The translations under genes were made by a program, and so were the position numbers. A model generated the notes under the pieces. It did no database searches, was not told the DNA's origin, and worked only from the letters and a program-made list of their open reading frames with translations. Below are positions 20,139 to 30,497 of a stretch of 33,025 nucleotides of DNA, piece by piece. Source of the stretch: a bacterium. Lineage in GTDB: Bacteria > Krumholzibacteriota > Krumholzibacteriia > LZORAL124-64-63. Location: contig JAURXS010000245.1 of the NCBI GenBank assembly GCA_030654305.1, positions 1-33,025 of the forward strand. Direction: 5' to 3'. The stretch's first letter is position 1. Every line of letters begins with the position of its first letter.

Positions 20139-23135
20139 ATGGCGACACGGGCCTCGCGCGACCAAGCCATCGAGGAGGCCTGGTCCCGCCTCAAGGACAT
20201 CACCTACGACCGCGAGGCCGGCTTCGAGCAGCTGATCAAGCACCGTGTCCGCAACATCCTGCTCGTGGCCAGCCTCTACGACGCCTTCACCCTGGAGGAG
20301 GGCGGGCGGCTCACCGAGGTCGTGCTGGCGGAGTACCGCGAGCTGAACCTGAGCGCCGCCCCCCAGATCCGGCGCGCCATCAGCGGCGAGGAGGCGCTGG
20401 CCCTCCTGGAGGCCAGCGGCTACGACCTGCTGCTGACCATGACCCGGCTCGGGGACATGGACGCCTGCACCCTGGCCCGCCGGGCCAAGGCGATCAAGCC
20501 CGACCTGCCGGTCGTCGTGCTGGGCTACAACGACCGCGAGCTGGAGGCGCTCGCCGACCGGGACGCCGGGGCCGTCGACCGCTCCTTCATCTGGACCGGC
20601 GACGTGCGGCTGCTCCTGGCCATCGTCAAGCAGGTCGAAGACCGCTGGAACGTCGACGACGACACGCGCACCAGCGACGTGCGCTGCATCCTGCTGGTGG
20701 AGGACTCGGTCCGCTTCTACTCGGCCTACCTGCCCATGCTGTACACCGAGGTCATGCGTCAGACCCAGGAGCTGATGGCCGACAGCGTCAACCTGTCGCA
20801 GAAGCTGCTGCGCATGCGCGCCCGCCCGAAGATCCTGTTCGCCACGGACTTCGAGCAGGCGATGGACCTCTACGGGCGCTACCGCGACTACCTGCTGGGC
20901 GCCGTCTGCGACGCCCGGTTCCCCCGCGAAGGCCAGCTGCGCGCCGACGCCGGCCTCGAGCTGGTGCGGCGCCTGAAGCAAGACGACCCGCTGCTGCCGG
21001 TGGTCATCCAGTCTTCCGATCCTGAAGGCCGCGCGGCGGCGGAGGCGGCCGGCGCCCGGTTCCTGCACAAGCAGTCGACCAGCCTGCTGAAGGAGCTGCG
21101 CGGCTTCATGCGCGAGGAGTTCGGCTTCGGCGACTTCGTCTTCCGCCTGCCCGACGGCACCGAGGTGGGGCGCGCCCACAACTCGCGCGCCCTGATGCGC
21201 GAGATCGCCCGCGTGCCCGACGAATCGCTGCTGTTCCACGCGCGCCGCGACCAGTTCTCCAACTGGTTCCGCGCCCGCACCAAGTTCGGCCTGGCCAACC
21301 TGATCAAGCCGCTGAAGGCGAGCCAGTTCGCCTCGGCCGGCGAGCTGCGCGAGTTCCTGCTCGAGACGGTCGGCTGGTACCGCGAGCAGTCCCGGCGCGG
21401 CGTGATCGCGGACTTCTCGCGGCGCGAGTTCGACGCGGCCGGCGGCTTCACGCGCCTGGGCACCGGCTCGCTCGGCGGCAAGGCCCGCGGCCTGGCCTTC
21501 ATGAACCACGTCCTGAGCCGCTACGGCATCGGCGAGCAGTTCCCGGGGCTGCGGCTGCGGGTGCCCCCGACCGCGGTCCTCGCCACGGACGTCTTCGACG
21601 CCTTCCTGGACCAGGGCCAGCTGCGGGAGCTGGCCCTGCAATCCGACGACGACGGGGCCGTCGCCGCGGCCTTCCTGGCCGCGGAGCTGCCCGCCTCCAT
21701 CCACGACGACCTGCGCATCTTCCTGGAGCAGGTGCGCTACCCGCTGGCGGTCCGCTCGTCCAGCCAGCTGGAGGACGCGCAGCACCAGCCCTTCGCGGGC
21801 GTCTACAAGACCTACATGATCCCCAACTCGCACCCCGACCTCGCGGTGCGCCTCGACCAGCTGTGCCAGGCCATCAAGCTGGTCTACGCCTCGACCTTCA
21901 CCCGGGGCGCGAAGACCTACCTGGCCGCCACGAGCAACCGGGTGGAAGAGGAGAAGATGGGGGTGATCATCCAGCAGGTGGTCGGCCGCCGCCACGAGCA
22001 CTGGGTGTACCCCGATTTCGCCGGCGTGGCCCACTCGACCAACCACTACCCGACGGACGCCATGCGCCCCGAGGACGGCGTGGCGCTGGTGGCCCTGGGC
22101 CTGGGCCGCACCGTGGTGGAGGGCGGCCAGTGCCTGCGCTTCTCGCCGCGCGCGCCCCGCCGCCTCTACCAGTTCTCGACCATCGACGACACGCTCGCCA
22201 ACAGCCAGCGCACGTTCCAGGCCCTGGACGTGGGCGATCCCGAGGCCTACCCGTCCCTGCGCGAGGACGCCAACGTGGACGTGCTCGGGCTGGACGTCGC
22301 CGAGCGGCACGGCACCCTGCACGCCGTGGGTTCGGTCTACGCGCCCGAGAACGACGCCGTCTACGACGGGCTGGGGCGGGAGGGGCCCCGCCTGGTGACC
22401 TTCGCCCACGTCCTGAAGTCGGACCTCTACCCCCTGGCCGACGTGCTCGTCTTCCTGCTGGAGCTGGGCCGGCGCTGCATGAGCTGCGCCGTGGAGCTGG
22501 AGTTCGCGGCGAACCTGCCGGCCGGCGACGAGCCGGCGGAGTTCGGGCTGCTGCAGATCCGGCCGCTGGCGGCCGAGATGGCCTCGCCGCGCATCCCCGA
22601 CGGCCTGGCCGCGCGCCCCGACGTCGTGATCGCCACGGACGTGGCGCTGGGGAACGGGACCTACGACGACATCCACGACGTGGTGCTGGTGGACCCCGGC
22701 CGCTTCGACCGCGGCTGCACGCTGGAGATCGCCCGGGAGGTCGGCGAACTCGACCGCCGCCTGCGCGCGGACGGGCGGCCCTACCTGCTGATCGGGCCGG
22801 GCCGCTGGGGCTCCAGCGACCGCTGGCTGGGCATCCCGGTGGAGTGGTCGCAGATCTCCGGCGCGGCGGTGATCGTCGAGACCGACCTCGACGACTTCCG
22901 CGTCACCCCGAGCCAGGGGACGCACTTCTTCCAGAACCTGACGTCGTTCCGGGTGGGGTACCTGACCGTCAACGCCAGCAGCGGCGGGGGCAAGCTCGAC
23001 TGGGACTGGCTGCTCGGCCAGGCGCCCGCCGCGCGCTCGGCCCACCTCAACCACCTGCGCCTCGAGGCGCCCCTGCAGGTGCTGATCGACGGGCGTTCCC
23101 GCCGCGGCGTGGTGCTGCGGCCGCAGTCCGCCTGA
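20139..23135 (+). CDS. PPDK_N-type (PEP/pyruvate-binding, ATP-grasp) protein with N-terminal degenerate receiver, an intact-looking receiver, and an unassigned conserved C-terminal domain (paralog A)
   Basis: GGAGG (20129-20133) before the ATG. The REC1-like region has Thr at the acceptor position (DLLLTMTRLGDMDA). REC2 has LLVEDS...GAVCDARFP...VVIQSS...FLHKQ. ATP-grasp motifs: GSLGGKARGLAFM, AVRSSSQLEDAQHQPFAGVYKTY, MGVIIQQVVG, ALGLGRTVVEGG, VELEFA...LLQIRPL. C-terminal domain: LLIGPGRWGSSDRWLGIPVEWSQIS...VIVE...SQGTHFFQNL. Confidence 0.9.
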   Translation: MATRASRDQAIEEAWSRLKDITYDREAGFEQLIKHRVRNILLVASLYDAFTLEEGGRLTEVVLAEYRELNLSAAPQIRRAISGEEALALLEASGYDLLLTMTRLGDMDACTLARRAKAIKPDLPVVVLGYNDRELEALADRDAGAVDRSFIWTGDVRLLLAIVKQVEDRWNVDDDTRTSDVRCILLVEDSVRFYSAYLPMLYTEVMRQTQELMADSVNLSQKLLRMRARPKILFATDFEQAMDLYGRYRDYLLGAVCDARFPREGQLRADAGLELVRRLKQDDPLLPVVIQSSDPEGRAAAEAAGARFLHKQSTSLLKELRGFMREEFGFGDFVFRLPDGTEVGRAHNSRALMREIARVPDESLLFHARRDQFSNWFRARTKFGLANLIKPLKASQFASAGELREFLLETVGWYREQSRRGVIADFSRREFDAAGGFTRLGTGSLGGKARGLAFMNHVLSRYGIGEQFPGLRLRVPPTAVLATDVFDAFLDQGQLRELALQSDDDGAVAAAFLAAELPASIHDDLRIFLEQVRYPLAVRSSSQLEDAQHQPFAGVYKTYMIPNSHPDLAVRLDQLCQAIKLVYASTFTRGAKTYLAATSNRVEEEKMGVIIQQVVGRRHEHWVYPDFAGVAHSTNHYPTDAMRPEDGVALVALGLGRTVVEGGQCLRFSPRAPRRLYQFSTIDDTLANSQRTFQALDVGDPEAYPSLREDANVDVLGLDVAERHGTLHAVGSVYAPENDAVYDGLGREGPRLVTFAHVLKSDLYPLADVLVFLLELGRRCMSCAVELEFAANLPAGDEPAEFGLLQIRPLAAEMASPRIPDGLAARPDVVIATDVALGNGTYDDIHDVVLVDPGRFDRGCTLEIAREVGELDRRLRADGRPYLLIGPGRWGSSDRWLGIPVEWSQISGAAVIVETDLDDFRVTPSQGTHFFQNLTSFRVGYLTVNASSGGGKLDWDWLLGQAPAARSAHLNHLRLEAPLQVLIDGRSRRGVVLRPQSA

Positions 23136-23166
23136 ACCGCGCGGCGAACCAACCACGAGGTGCACG

Positions 23167-24456
<1,290 letters not shown>

Positions 24457-24481
24457 GCCGGGCGACCGGGGAGGGAACGAC

Positions 24482-26224
24482 GTGACGATGATCTCCCGGG
24501 ACGCCGTGCCCGCGTTCGACCGCCGTTTCTTCGACGGCGCCGATGCCGTGTCGCGCATCGGGGAGGGGGAGCTCGGCGGCAAGGCGGCCGGCCTCGCGCT
24601 CATGGCGCGGGACATCCTGGGCCGCTTCGACGGCGCCGCGTGCCCGGGCATCCGGGTCGACGTGCCGCGGCTGGTGGTCCTGACCACCGACGTCTTCCGC
24701 GCCTTCGTGGACCAGAACGACCTGGCGGACGCGGTCTACGGCGGCGCCCCCGACGACCGCATCGCCCACGCCTGCCAGCGCGCGGAGCTGCCGGCCCAGT
24801 TCGTCGGTGACCTGCGCGCCCTGATCGACGGCGTGCACTCGCCGCTGGCGGTGCGCTCGTCGAGCCTGCTGGAGGACGCGCTGGAGCACCCGTTCGCCGG
24901 CGTCTACGCCACCAAGATGATCCCGAACCACCGGCTCGACCCGGACGGCCGCTTCCGCAAGCTGGCCGAGGCGATCAAGTTCGTCATCGCCTCGACCTTC
25001 TTCCGCCAGCCGCGCGACTACATGCGCTCGATCGGCCGCGACCCCCGCGAGGAGGCGATGGCGGTCGTGGTGCAGGAGATCGTCGGCCGGCGCCGCGGCG
25101 ACCTCTTCTACCCCTGCCTCTCGGGCGTCGGCCGCTCCTACAGCTACTACCCCATCGGCCGCGCGCGCCCCGAGGACGGCGTCGTCAACCTGGCCCTCGG
25201 CCTGGGCAAGGCGATCGTCGACGGCGGCCTGACCTGGTCCTACTCGCCGGCCCGGCCGCGCGTCGGCCCGCCCTTCAACGGGCTGGGCGACATGGTCAAG
25301 AACACCCAGACCTCGTTCTGGGGCGTGAACATGGGGACGCCGCCGCCGCCCGACCCGGTGCGCGAGACGGAGTTCCTGGTGAGCTCGGACCTGGCCCGCG
25401 CGGAGGCCGACGGCGCCCTGGACCACCTGGTGTCCACCTTCGACCCGGCCAGCGACCGCCTGCGCTGCGGCCTGCTGCCCGGCGGCGCGCGCGTGCTGGA
25501 CTTCTCGCCCATCCTGGACGCCGGCGTGCTGCCGCTGAACGAGGCGGTGAAGCAGATGCTGGGCCTGGCGAAGGCGGCCCTCGGCGCCGACGTGGAGATC
25601 GAGTTCGCGCTGACCTTCGGCGAGGGCGGCGCGCCCGCGCGGCTGGGCCTGCTGCAGGCGCGGCCCATGCAGGTGGCCGTCGGCGAGGTGACCGTCGGCG
25701 AGGACGAGCTGGACGGCCCGGGAGTCCTGCTGTCCTCGGAGATCGTGCTGGGGCACGGCGCCCGCGCCGACCTGCGGGACGTCGTCTACGTGAAGCCGGC
25801 CGCCTTCGAGGCCCGCCACACGCCGCGCATCGCCGCGGAGCTGGAGCGCATCAACGCCGGCCTGCTGGCCGAGGGGCGGACCTGCCTGCTGATCGGCTTC
25901 GGCCGCTGGGGCAGCTCCGATCCCTGGCTGGGCGTGCCGGTGGACTGGAGCCAGATCTCCCAGGCCCGCGTCGTGGTCGAGGCCACGCTGCCGGACATGA
26001 GCCCCGACCTGAGCCAGGGCTCCCATTTCTTCCACAACCTGATCAGCTTCGGCGTGCAGTACCTGTCGGTGCCGCACACCGGCGGCCGGGCCGTCGACTG
26101 GGCCTGGCTGGACGCGCTGCCGGCCGAGCACGAGGGCGAACTCGTGCGCCACGTCCGCACCCCGCGACCGTTGGACGTCCGCGTCGACGGGCGCGCCCGC
26201 AGGGGAGTGATCCGCCATGACTGA
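24482..26224 (+). CDS. PPDK_N-type (ATP-grasp) protein, core only plus the conserved C-terminal domain (paralog B)
   Basis: GTG 24482 (or ATG 24488) after GAGGG (24471-24475). ELGGKAAGLALM, AVRSSSLLEDALEHPFAGVYATK, MAVVVQEIVG, ALGLGKAIVDGG, VEIEFA...LLQARPM. C-terminal: LLIGFGRWGSSDPWLGVPVDWSQIS...VVVE...SQGSHFFHNL. Confidence 0.9.
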   Translation: MTMISRDAVPAFDRRFFDGADAVSRIGEGELGGKAAGLALMARDILGRFDGAACPGIRVDVPRLVVLTTDVFRAFVDQNDLADAVYGGAPDDRIAHACQRAELPAQFVGDLRALIDGVHSPLAVRSSSLLEDALEHPFAGVYATKMIPNHRLDPDGRFRKLAEAIKFVIASTFFRQPRDYMRSIGRDPREEAMAVVVQEIVGRRRGDLFYPCLSGVGRSYSYYPIGRARPEDGVVNLALGLGKAIVDGGLTWSYSPARPRVGPPFNGLGDMVKNTQTSFWGVNMGTPPPPDPVRETEFLVSSDLARAEADGALDHLVSTFDPASDRLRCGLLPGGARVLDFSPILDAGVLPLNEAVKQMLGLAKAALGADVEIEFALTFGEGGAPARLGLLQARPMQVAVGEVTVGEDELDGPGVLLSSEIVLGHGARADLRDVVYVKPAAFEARHTPRIAAELERINAGLLAEGRTCLLIGFGRWGSSDPWLGVPVDWSQISQARVVVEATLPDMSPDLSQGSHFFHNLISFGVQYLSVPHTGGRAVDWAWLDALPAEHEGELVRHVRTPRPLDVRVDGRARRGVIRHD

Positions 26225-29200
26225 CGACCGCGACCCGACGCTGGCCCAGCTGCTGGTCTCGCTGCAGGAGCGCTCGAAGGAGCTGGACTGCCTCTACCGC
26301 ATCGAGGAACTGTTCGCGGAACAGGGGAAATCGCGGCAGGACGTCTGTCGCGGCGTGGCCGAGGCCCTCGTCACCGGCATGCAGTACCCGACCATCTGCC
26401 AGGCCGAGGTGGCGTGCGACGGCGTCGTGCACCGCACCGAGAACGGCCCGCGCACGCCCTGCCACCTGCGCGCCGAGATCCTGGTGCAGGAGCAGATGAC
26501 GGGGGAGGTCTGCGTCTACTACACCGGCTCGTGCCCCGACGTGGGCGACGGCCCCTTCCTGAAGGAGGAGCGGCGCCTGCTGAAATCGGTGGCCGACCGC
26601 CTGGCCCACTACGTCCTCTTCGAGCGCCTGCGGGACCTGCGCAAGGTGCGCGCGCACGTCCGCGAGGACGGGATCGAAGAGCCGCTGTGGCTGATGCCCA
26701 TCCAGATGCTGCGCGAGTCGGACCCCCACCTCCACCAGAGCATCGCGCGCAAGCTGCTGAACCTGCTCTGCTCGATGGGCGTCGACGAGGCCCAGGCCAT
26801 GCTCGGGCGCGTGGACTCCGTGGTGTCGGCCGAGACGGTCTCCGGCGAGGTGAACGTGCCGGGCGTCGTCCAGAAGCGCGACGAGTCCGTGCTGCTGTCG
26901 GACGCGCCGTTCTTCATGGCCGCGCGCCACATGACCGACCACGAGATCCTGCTGAAGGTCCAGAAGTGGATCCAGGACGACCGCGCCGGCCTCTTCCTGA
27001 AGATCCTGGACAACCCGCGCACGACCCTGCCCGAGCTGGCTGACGCGCTGCGCCGCTACCACCACCTGGTGGGCGAGGGTTCCTCGCTGCAGCCCTCGAC
27101 GGTCACCAACATGCACGTCTCGCTGGTGCGGCGCTTCCTCACCGAGCAGCTCGACTACATCAAGGTCGCCAAGGAGTTCGTGACGGTCGCCGACCTGCGC
27201 GCCCTGGTCGACCGCCTGATCATGCCCGTGGACGGCACCGGCAAGCTGGGCGGCAAGGGCTCGGGCCTGATCCTCGCCGAGCGCATCCTGGCCCGCGCCT
27301 CCACGCCGGACCGGCCCGTCGGCGAGGTCCACGTCCCGCGCACCTGGTACCTGGCGTCCGACGCCACGCTGGAGTTCATCGCGCACAACGACCTCGAGGA
27401 CGTCATCGAGCAGAAGTACAAGGAGATCGGGCAGGTCCGGCAGGAGTACCCCAACATCATCCAGCTCTTCAAGCACTCGCCGCTGCCGCCGCACCTGCGC
27501 CAGGGCCTGGCCGCGGCGCTGGACGACCTGGGCGAGGTGCCGCTGATCGTGCGCAGCTCCAGCCTGCTCGAGGACCGCTTCGGCACCTCGTTCTCCGGCA
27601 AGTACAAGAGCCTGTTCCTGCCCAACCAGGGCGAGCGCGGCGAGCGCCTCGACGCCCTCTGCGACGCCATCACCGAGATCTACGCCTCGGTGTTCGGGCC
27701 CGACCCCGTCGAGTACCGCCGCGACCGCGGCCTGCTGGACTTCAGCGAGGAGATGGGGATCCTGATCCAGGAGGTCGTGGGCCGCCGCGTCGGCCGCTAC
27801 TTCCTGCCGGCCTTCGCCGGCGTGGCCTTCAGCCGCAACGAGTTCCGCTGGTCGCCGCGGATCCGGCGCGACGACGGCCTGATCCGCCTGGTGCCCGGGC
27901 TGGGCACGCGCGCCGTCGACCGCGTCGGCGACGACTTTCCGGTGCTGGCGGTGCCGGGCCAGCCCAACCTGCGGGTGAACGTGGAGCTCGAGGAGATCGT
28001 GCGCTACGCGCCGAACAAGATCGACGTCATCGACCTCGAGCAGAACGCCTTCGTCACGCTGTCGATCGCCGACCTGCTGCGCGAGGTGGGCGGCCGCTAC
28101 CCGGGTCTCGAGCTGGTGTTTTCGCAGCTGAACGAGGGCATGCTGCAGCGCCCGCGGCGCCTGATGTTCGACGCCGCGCACGACGAGCTGGTGGCGACCT
28201 TCGACGGCCTGATCAACGGCACGCCCTTCGTGCGCCACCTGCGCAACGTGCTGGTGATCCTCGAGGAGAAGCTGGGCACGCCGGTGGACATCGAGTTCGC
28301 CCACGACGGCGAGCGGTTCTACCTGCTGCAGTGCCGGCCCCAGAGCCACACCGACGACGCCGCCCCGGCGCCGATCCCCAAGAACCTGCCGGTCAAGGAC
28401 GTCCTGTTCACGGCCGACCGGCACGTGTCCAACGGCTGGATGCCCGACGTCACCCACGTGGTCTACGTCGACCCCGACGCCTACGCGTCGCTCGAGGACC
28501 GCGCGAGCATGCTGGCGGTGGGGCGCGCGATCGGCGACCTGAACAAGCTGCTGCCGAAGCGCTGCTTCATCCTGATGGGCCCCGGCCGCTGGGGCAGCCG
28601 CGGCGACATCAAGCTGGGCGTGAGCGTGACCTACGCGGACATCAGCCACACCTCGATGCTGGTGGAGATCGCGCGGCAGAAGGGCGGCTACCTGCCCGAC
28701 CTCTCCTTCGGGACCCACTTCTTCCAGGACCTGGTGGAGGCACGCATCCGCTACCTGCCGCTGTACCCGGACCGCGACGGCATCGTGTTCAACGAGCAGT
28801 TCCTGCTGGGGGCGCGCAACCTGCTGCCCGAGCTGCTGCCCCAGTACGCCGAGCTCGCGGGCACGCTGCGGGTGATCGACGTGCCGGCCGAGGCCGGGGG
28901 GCGCGTGCTGCGCGTGCTGATGAACGCCGACCTCGACGAGGCCCTCGCCTGCTTCGTCGAGCCGGGGCAGGAGCGCGGCACGGGCGCCGACGCGGCGGCC
29001 GAGCTGATCGGCCAGCCCGGCGAGGTCTGGCGCTGGCGCCTGCAGATGGCCGAGCGCATCGCGCGCGACGTCGACGCGGCGCGCTTCGGCGTCAAGGCGA
29101 TGTACGTCTTCGGCAGCGTGAAGAACGCGACGGCCGGCCCGGCCAGCGACATCGACCTGCTGGTCCACATGGAGGACGACCCGGTGCGGCAGGCGGCCCT

Positions 29201-29402
29201 GCGGGTCTGGCTCGACGGCTGGAGCCGCTGCCTGGCGGAGATCAACTACCTGCGCACCGGCTACCGCAGCTCCGGGCTGATCGACGCGCACCTGATCACC
29301 GACCGGGATATCGCCGAGCGGTCGAGCTTCGCCGTGAAGATCGGCGCGATCACCGACCCGGCCCGCGAGCTCCACCTCGGCGGCGGCGACGAGCCGGCCT
29401 GA
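26217..29402 (+). CDS. Multidomain protein: Cys-rich N-terminal sensor-like (GAF-like?) domain, helical region, PPDK_N ATP-grasp, conserved C-terminal domain, and terminal Pol-beta-type nucleotidyltransferase domain (paralog C)
   Basis: The ATG overlaps the paralog B stop by 8 nt. The N-terminus KELDCLYRIEELF... carries 7 Cys in 110 aa. ATP-grasp motifs: KLGGKGSGLILA, IVRSSSLLEDRFGTSFSGKYKS, MGILIQEVVG, PGLGTRAVD, VDIEFA...YLLQCRP. Shared domain: ILMGPGRWGSRGDIKLGVSV...IS...LVE...SFGTHFFQDL. NTase motif: YVFGSVKNATAGPASDIDLLVH (29112-29156). Confidence 0.9.
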   Translation: MTDDRDPTLAQLLVSLQERSKELDCLYRIEELFAEQGKSRQDVCRGVAEALVTGMQYPTICQAEVACDGVVHRTENGPRTPCHLRAEILVQEQMTGEVCVYYTGSCPDVGDGPFLKEERRLLKSVADRLAHYVLFERLRDLRKVRAHVREDGIEEPLWLMPIQMLRESDPHLHQSIARKLLNLLCSMGVDEAQAMLGRVDSVVSAETVSGEVNVPGVVQKRDESVLLSDAPFFMAARHMTDHEILLKVQKWIQDDRAGLFLKILDNPRTTLPELADALRRYHHLVGEGSSLQPSTVTNMHVSLVRRFLTEQLDYIKVAKEFVTVADLRALVDRLIMPVDGTGKLGGKGSGLILAERILARASTPDRPVGEVHVPRTWYLASDATLEFIAHNDLEDVIEQKYKEIGQVRQEYPNIIQLFKHSPLPPHLRQGLAAALDDLGEVPLIVRSSSLLEDRFGTSFSGKYKSLFLPNQGERGERLDALCDAITEIYASVFGPDPVEYRRDRGLLDFSEEMGILIQEVVGRRVGRYFLPAFAGVAFSRNEFRWSPRIRRDDGLIRLVPGLGTRAVDRVGDDFPVLAVPGQPNLRVNVELEEIVRYAPNKIDVIDLEQNAFVTLSIADLLREVGGRYPGLELVFSQLNEGMLQRPRRLMFDAAHDELVATFDGLINGTPFVRHLRNVLVILEEKLGTPVDIEFAHDGERFYLLQCRPQSHTDDAAPAPIPKNLPVKDVLFTADRHVSNGWMPDVTHVVYVDPDAYASLEDRASMLAVGRAIGDLNKLLPKRCFILMGPGRWGSRGDIKLGVSVTYADISHTSMLVEIARQKGGYLPDLSFGTHFFQDLVEARIRYLPLYPDRDGIVFNEQFLLGARNLLPELLPQYAELAGTLRVIDVPAEAGGRVLRVLMNADLDEALACFVEPGQERGTGADAAAELIGQPGEVWRWRLQMAERIARDVDAARFGVKAMYVFGSVKNATAGPASDIDLLVHMEDDPVRQAALRVWLDGWSRCLAEINYLRTGYRSSGLIDAHLITDRDIAERSSFAVKIGAITDPARELHLGGGDEPA

Positions 29403-29406
29403 TCCC

Positions 29407-30249
29407 CTAGAGCAGGGCGCGCGCGGCCGCGTCGGGGTCGTCGGGGTCGAAGCGCATCAGGGCCAGCTCCGGCCCGTCGTGGGCGCCGTTGCAGGCCAGG
29501 GTGTCGCCGATCGTCGCGCGCCAGGCGCCGGTCAGCCGCGCGGCCTCGTGCACGTGGCCGTGCAGCGACAGCGGCGGCCGCCGCGCCTCGAGGAACCTGC
29601 GGATCGCGATGCTCCCGATGTGCACGTCCAGCGGCACGTGGTCGACCGACCTGCCGTCCAGGGCGGCGCGGTCCAGGTCGCAGCCGTACGGCGGGCAGTG
29701 GAACAGGCAGACCGCGCGCGACAGGTCCCCGTCTCCCGCCAGCTCGTCCAGCTCCGCCGCGATCGTCGCCAGCCGGATCTCGCGCTCGTCGCGCGCGACG
29801 GTGCGCCGTCCCTCCTCCGGCGACAGGCAGCCGGGATCCACGTAGCGCGACACGTCGTAGCGCTCCCAGTCCTTGAGCAGGAACGGCGAGGGGGGGATGC
29901 AGGCGTAGCCCAGCACGCTCCGGTCGCCCCAGGCGACGCGCCGGCCGTGCGCCTGGATCCAGAGCCCCTCGTGTTCGCCCGCGGCGAGGCCGGGCAGCTC
30001 GTCGGCGGGATCGTCGTTGCCGGGGATGAGGAAGACCGCGGGGTAGGCGGCGCCCAGGCTCGCGCGCAGGCGGCGGAAGCCGGCGGCCAGCACTTCGGCG
30101 ACGAAATCGCCGCCGGCGACCAACCGGTGCGGCAGCAGGTCGCCGCCCAGGAACAGGGCGGCGGGGCGTTCGGCGGCGGCCGCGTCCCAGAGCTTGCGGT
30201 AGCGGTCCGGGCGGCCGTGCAGGTCGGTCGCGAAGTGGCAGAGGCCCAT
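29407..30249 (-). CDS. Metallophosphoesterase (calcineurin-like)
   Basis: LCHFATDLHG, FLGGDLLPH, LIPGNDDP, LFHCPPYG and LHGHVHE. Preferred start is ATG at 30249 (GGGAGG 6 nt upstream on the minus strand). Alternative starts are 30255 and 30276; the longest ORF reaches 30384. Convergent with paralog C, with a 4-nt gap. Confidence 0.8.
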   Translation of the reverse strand: MGLCHFATDLHGRPDRYRKLWDAAAAERPAALFLGGDLLPHRLVAGGDFVAEVLAAGFRRLRASLGAAYPAVFLIPGNDDPADELPGLAAGEHEGLWIQAHGRRVAWGDRSVLGYACIPPSPFLLKDWERYDVSRYVDPGCLSPEEGRRTVARDEREIRLATIAAELDELAGDGDLSRAVCLFHCPPYGCDLDRAALDGRSVDHVPLDVHIGSIAIRRFLEARRPPLSLHGHVHEAARLTGAWRATIGDTLACNGAHDGPELALMRFDPDDPDAAARALL

Positions 30250-30397
30250 GCCCATCCTCCCTCGGTCGGCGGCCATGGTGCGCCCCGCGCCGGCGACGCG
30301 CAACCACGGATCAACCAGGAGTGGAACACGCCTGTATCCGGGCCGGAACGGTCGGCGCGGCATGTGCATCCGCCGGTGCGGCATCTGTGAATAATGT

Positions 30398-30425
30398 TTG
30401 CGTCCGCACCGTCGCCACCTAAATT
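30398..30425 (+). promoter_or_regulatory. Possible sigma70-type promoter of gdhA
   Basis: TTGCGT (30398-30403), 16-nt spacer, TAAATT (30420-30425), in an AT-richer patch about 70 nt upstream of ATG 30498. Followed by small hairpins (TGTTG-N6-CAACA; caaccg-N6-cggttg). Motif match only. Confidence 0.25.
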
Positions 30426-30497
30426 TGTTGGAGTTTCAACAGGTGCAACCGACCTCACGGTTGTCCTCGGACGGTCCCTCATCGCGGGAGAGCCGAC

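Noticed and set aside
15043-20203. Long minus-strand ORFs 15043..17175, 17166..18491 and 18458..20203, antisense to the lysine-catabolism operon
   Set aside because: They are antisense shadows of genes with very strong AASS/ALDH7 similarity. They have no motifs and biased composition.
29407-30384. Full-length 325-aa version of the metallophosphoesterase ORF starting at 30384
   Set aside because: The first about 45 residues are Arg/Pro-rich and non-conserved-looking. The metallophosphoesterase motif I (LCHFATDLHG) begins right after Met46, which has a GGGAGG Shine-Dalgarno sequence at appropriate spacing. The shorter start is preferred but not proven.
30250-30497. Sigma-54 (-24 GG / -12 GC) promoter upstream of gdhA
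   Set aside because: The candidate GG and GC dinucleotides (for example ttGGagtttcaacaggtGCaa, tGGaacacgcctgtatc) have the wrong spacing or lack the GC element. Only a weak sigma70-like match is reported.
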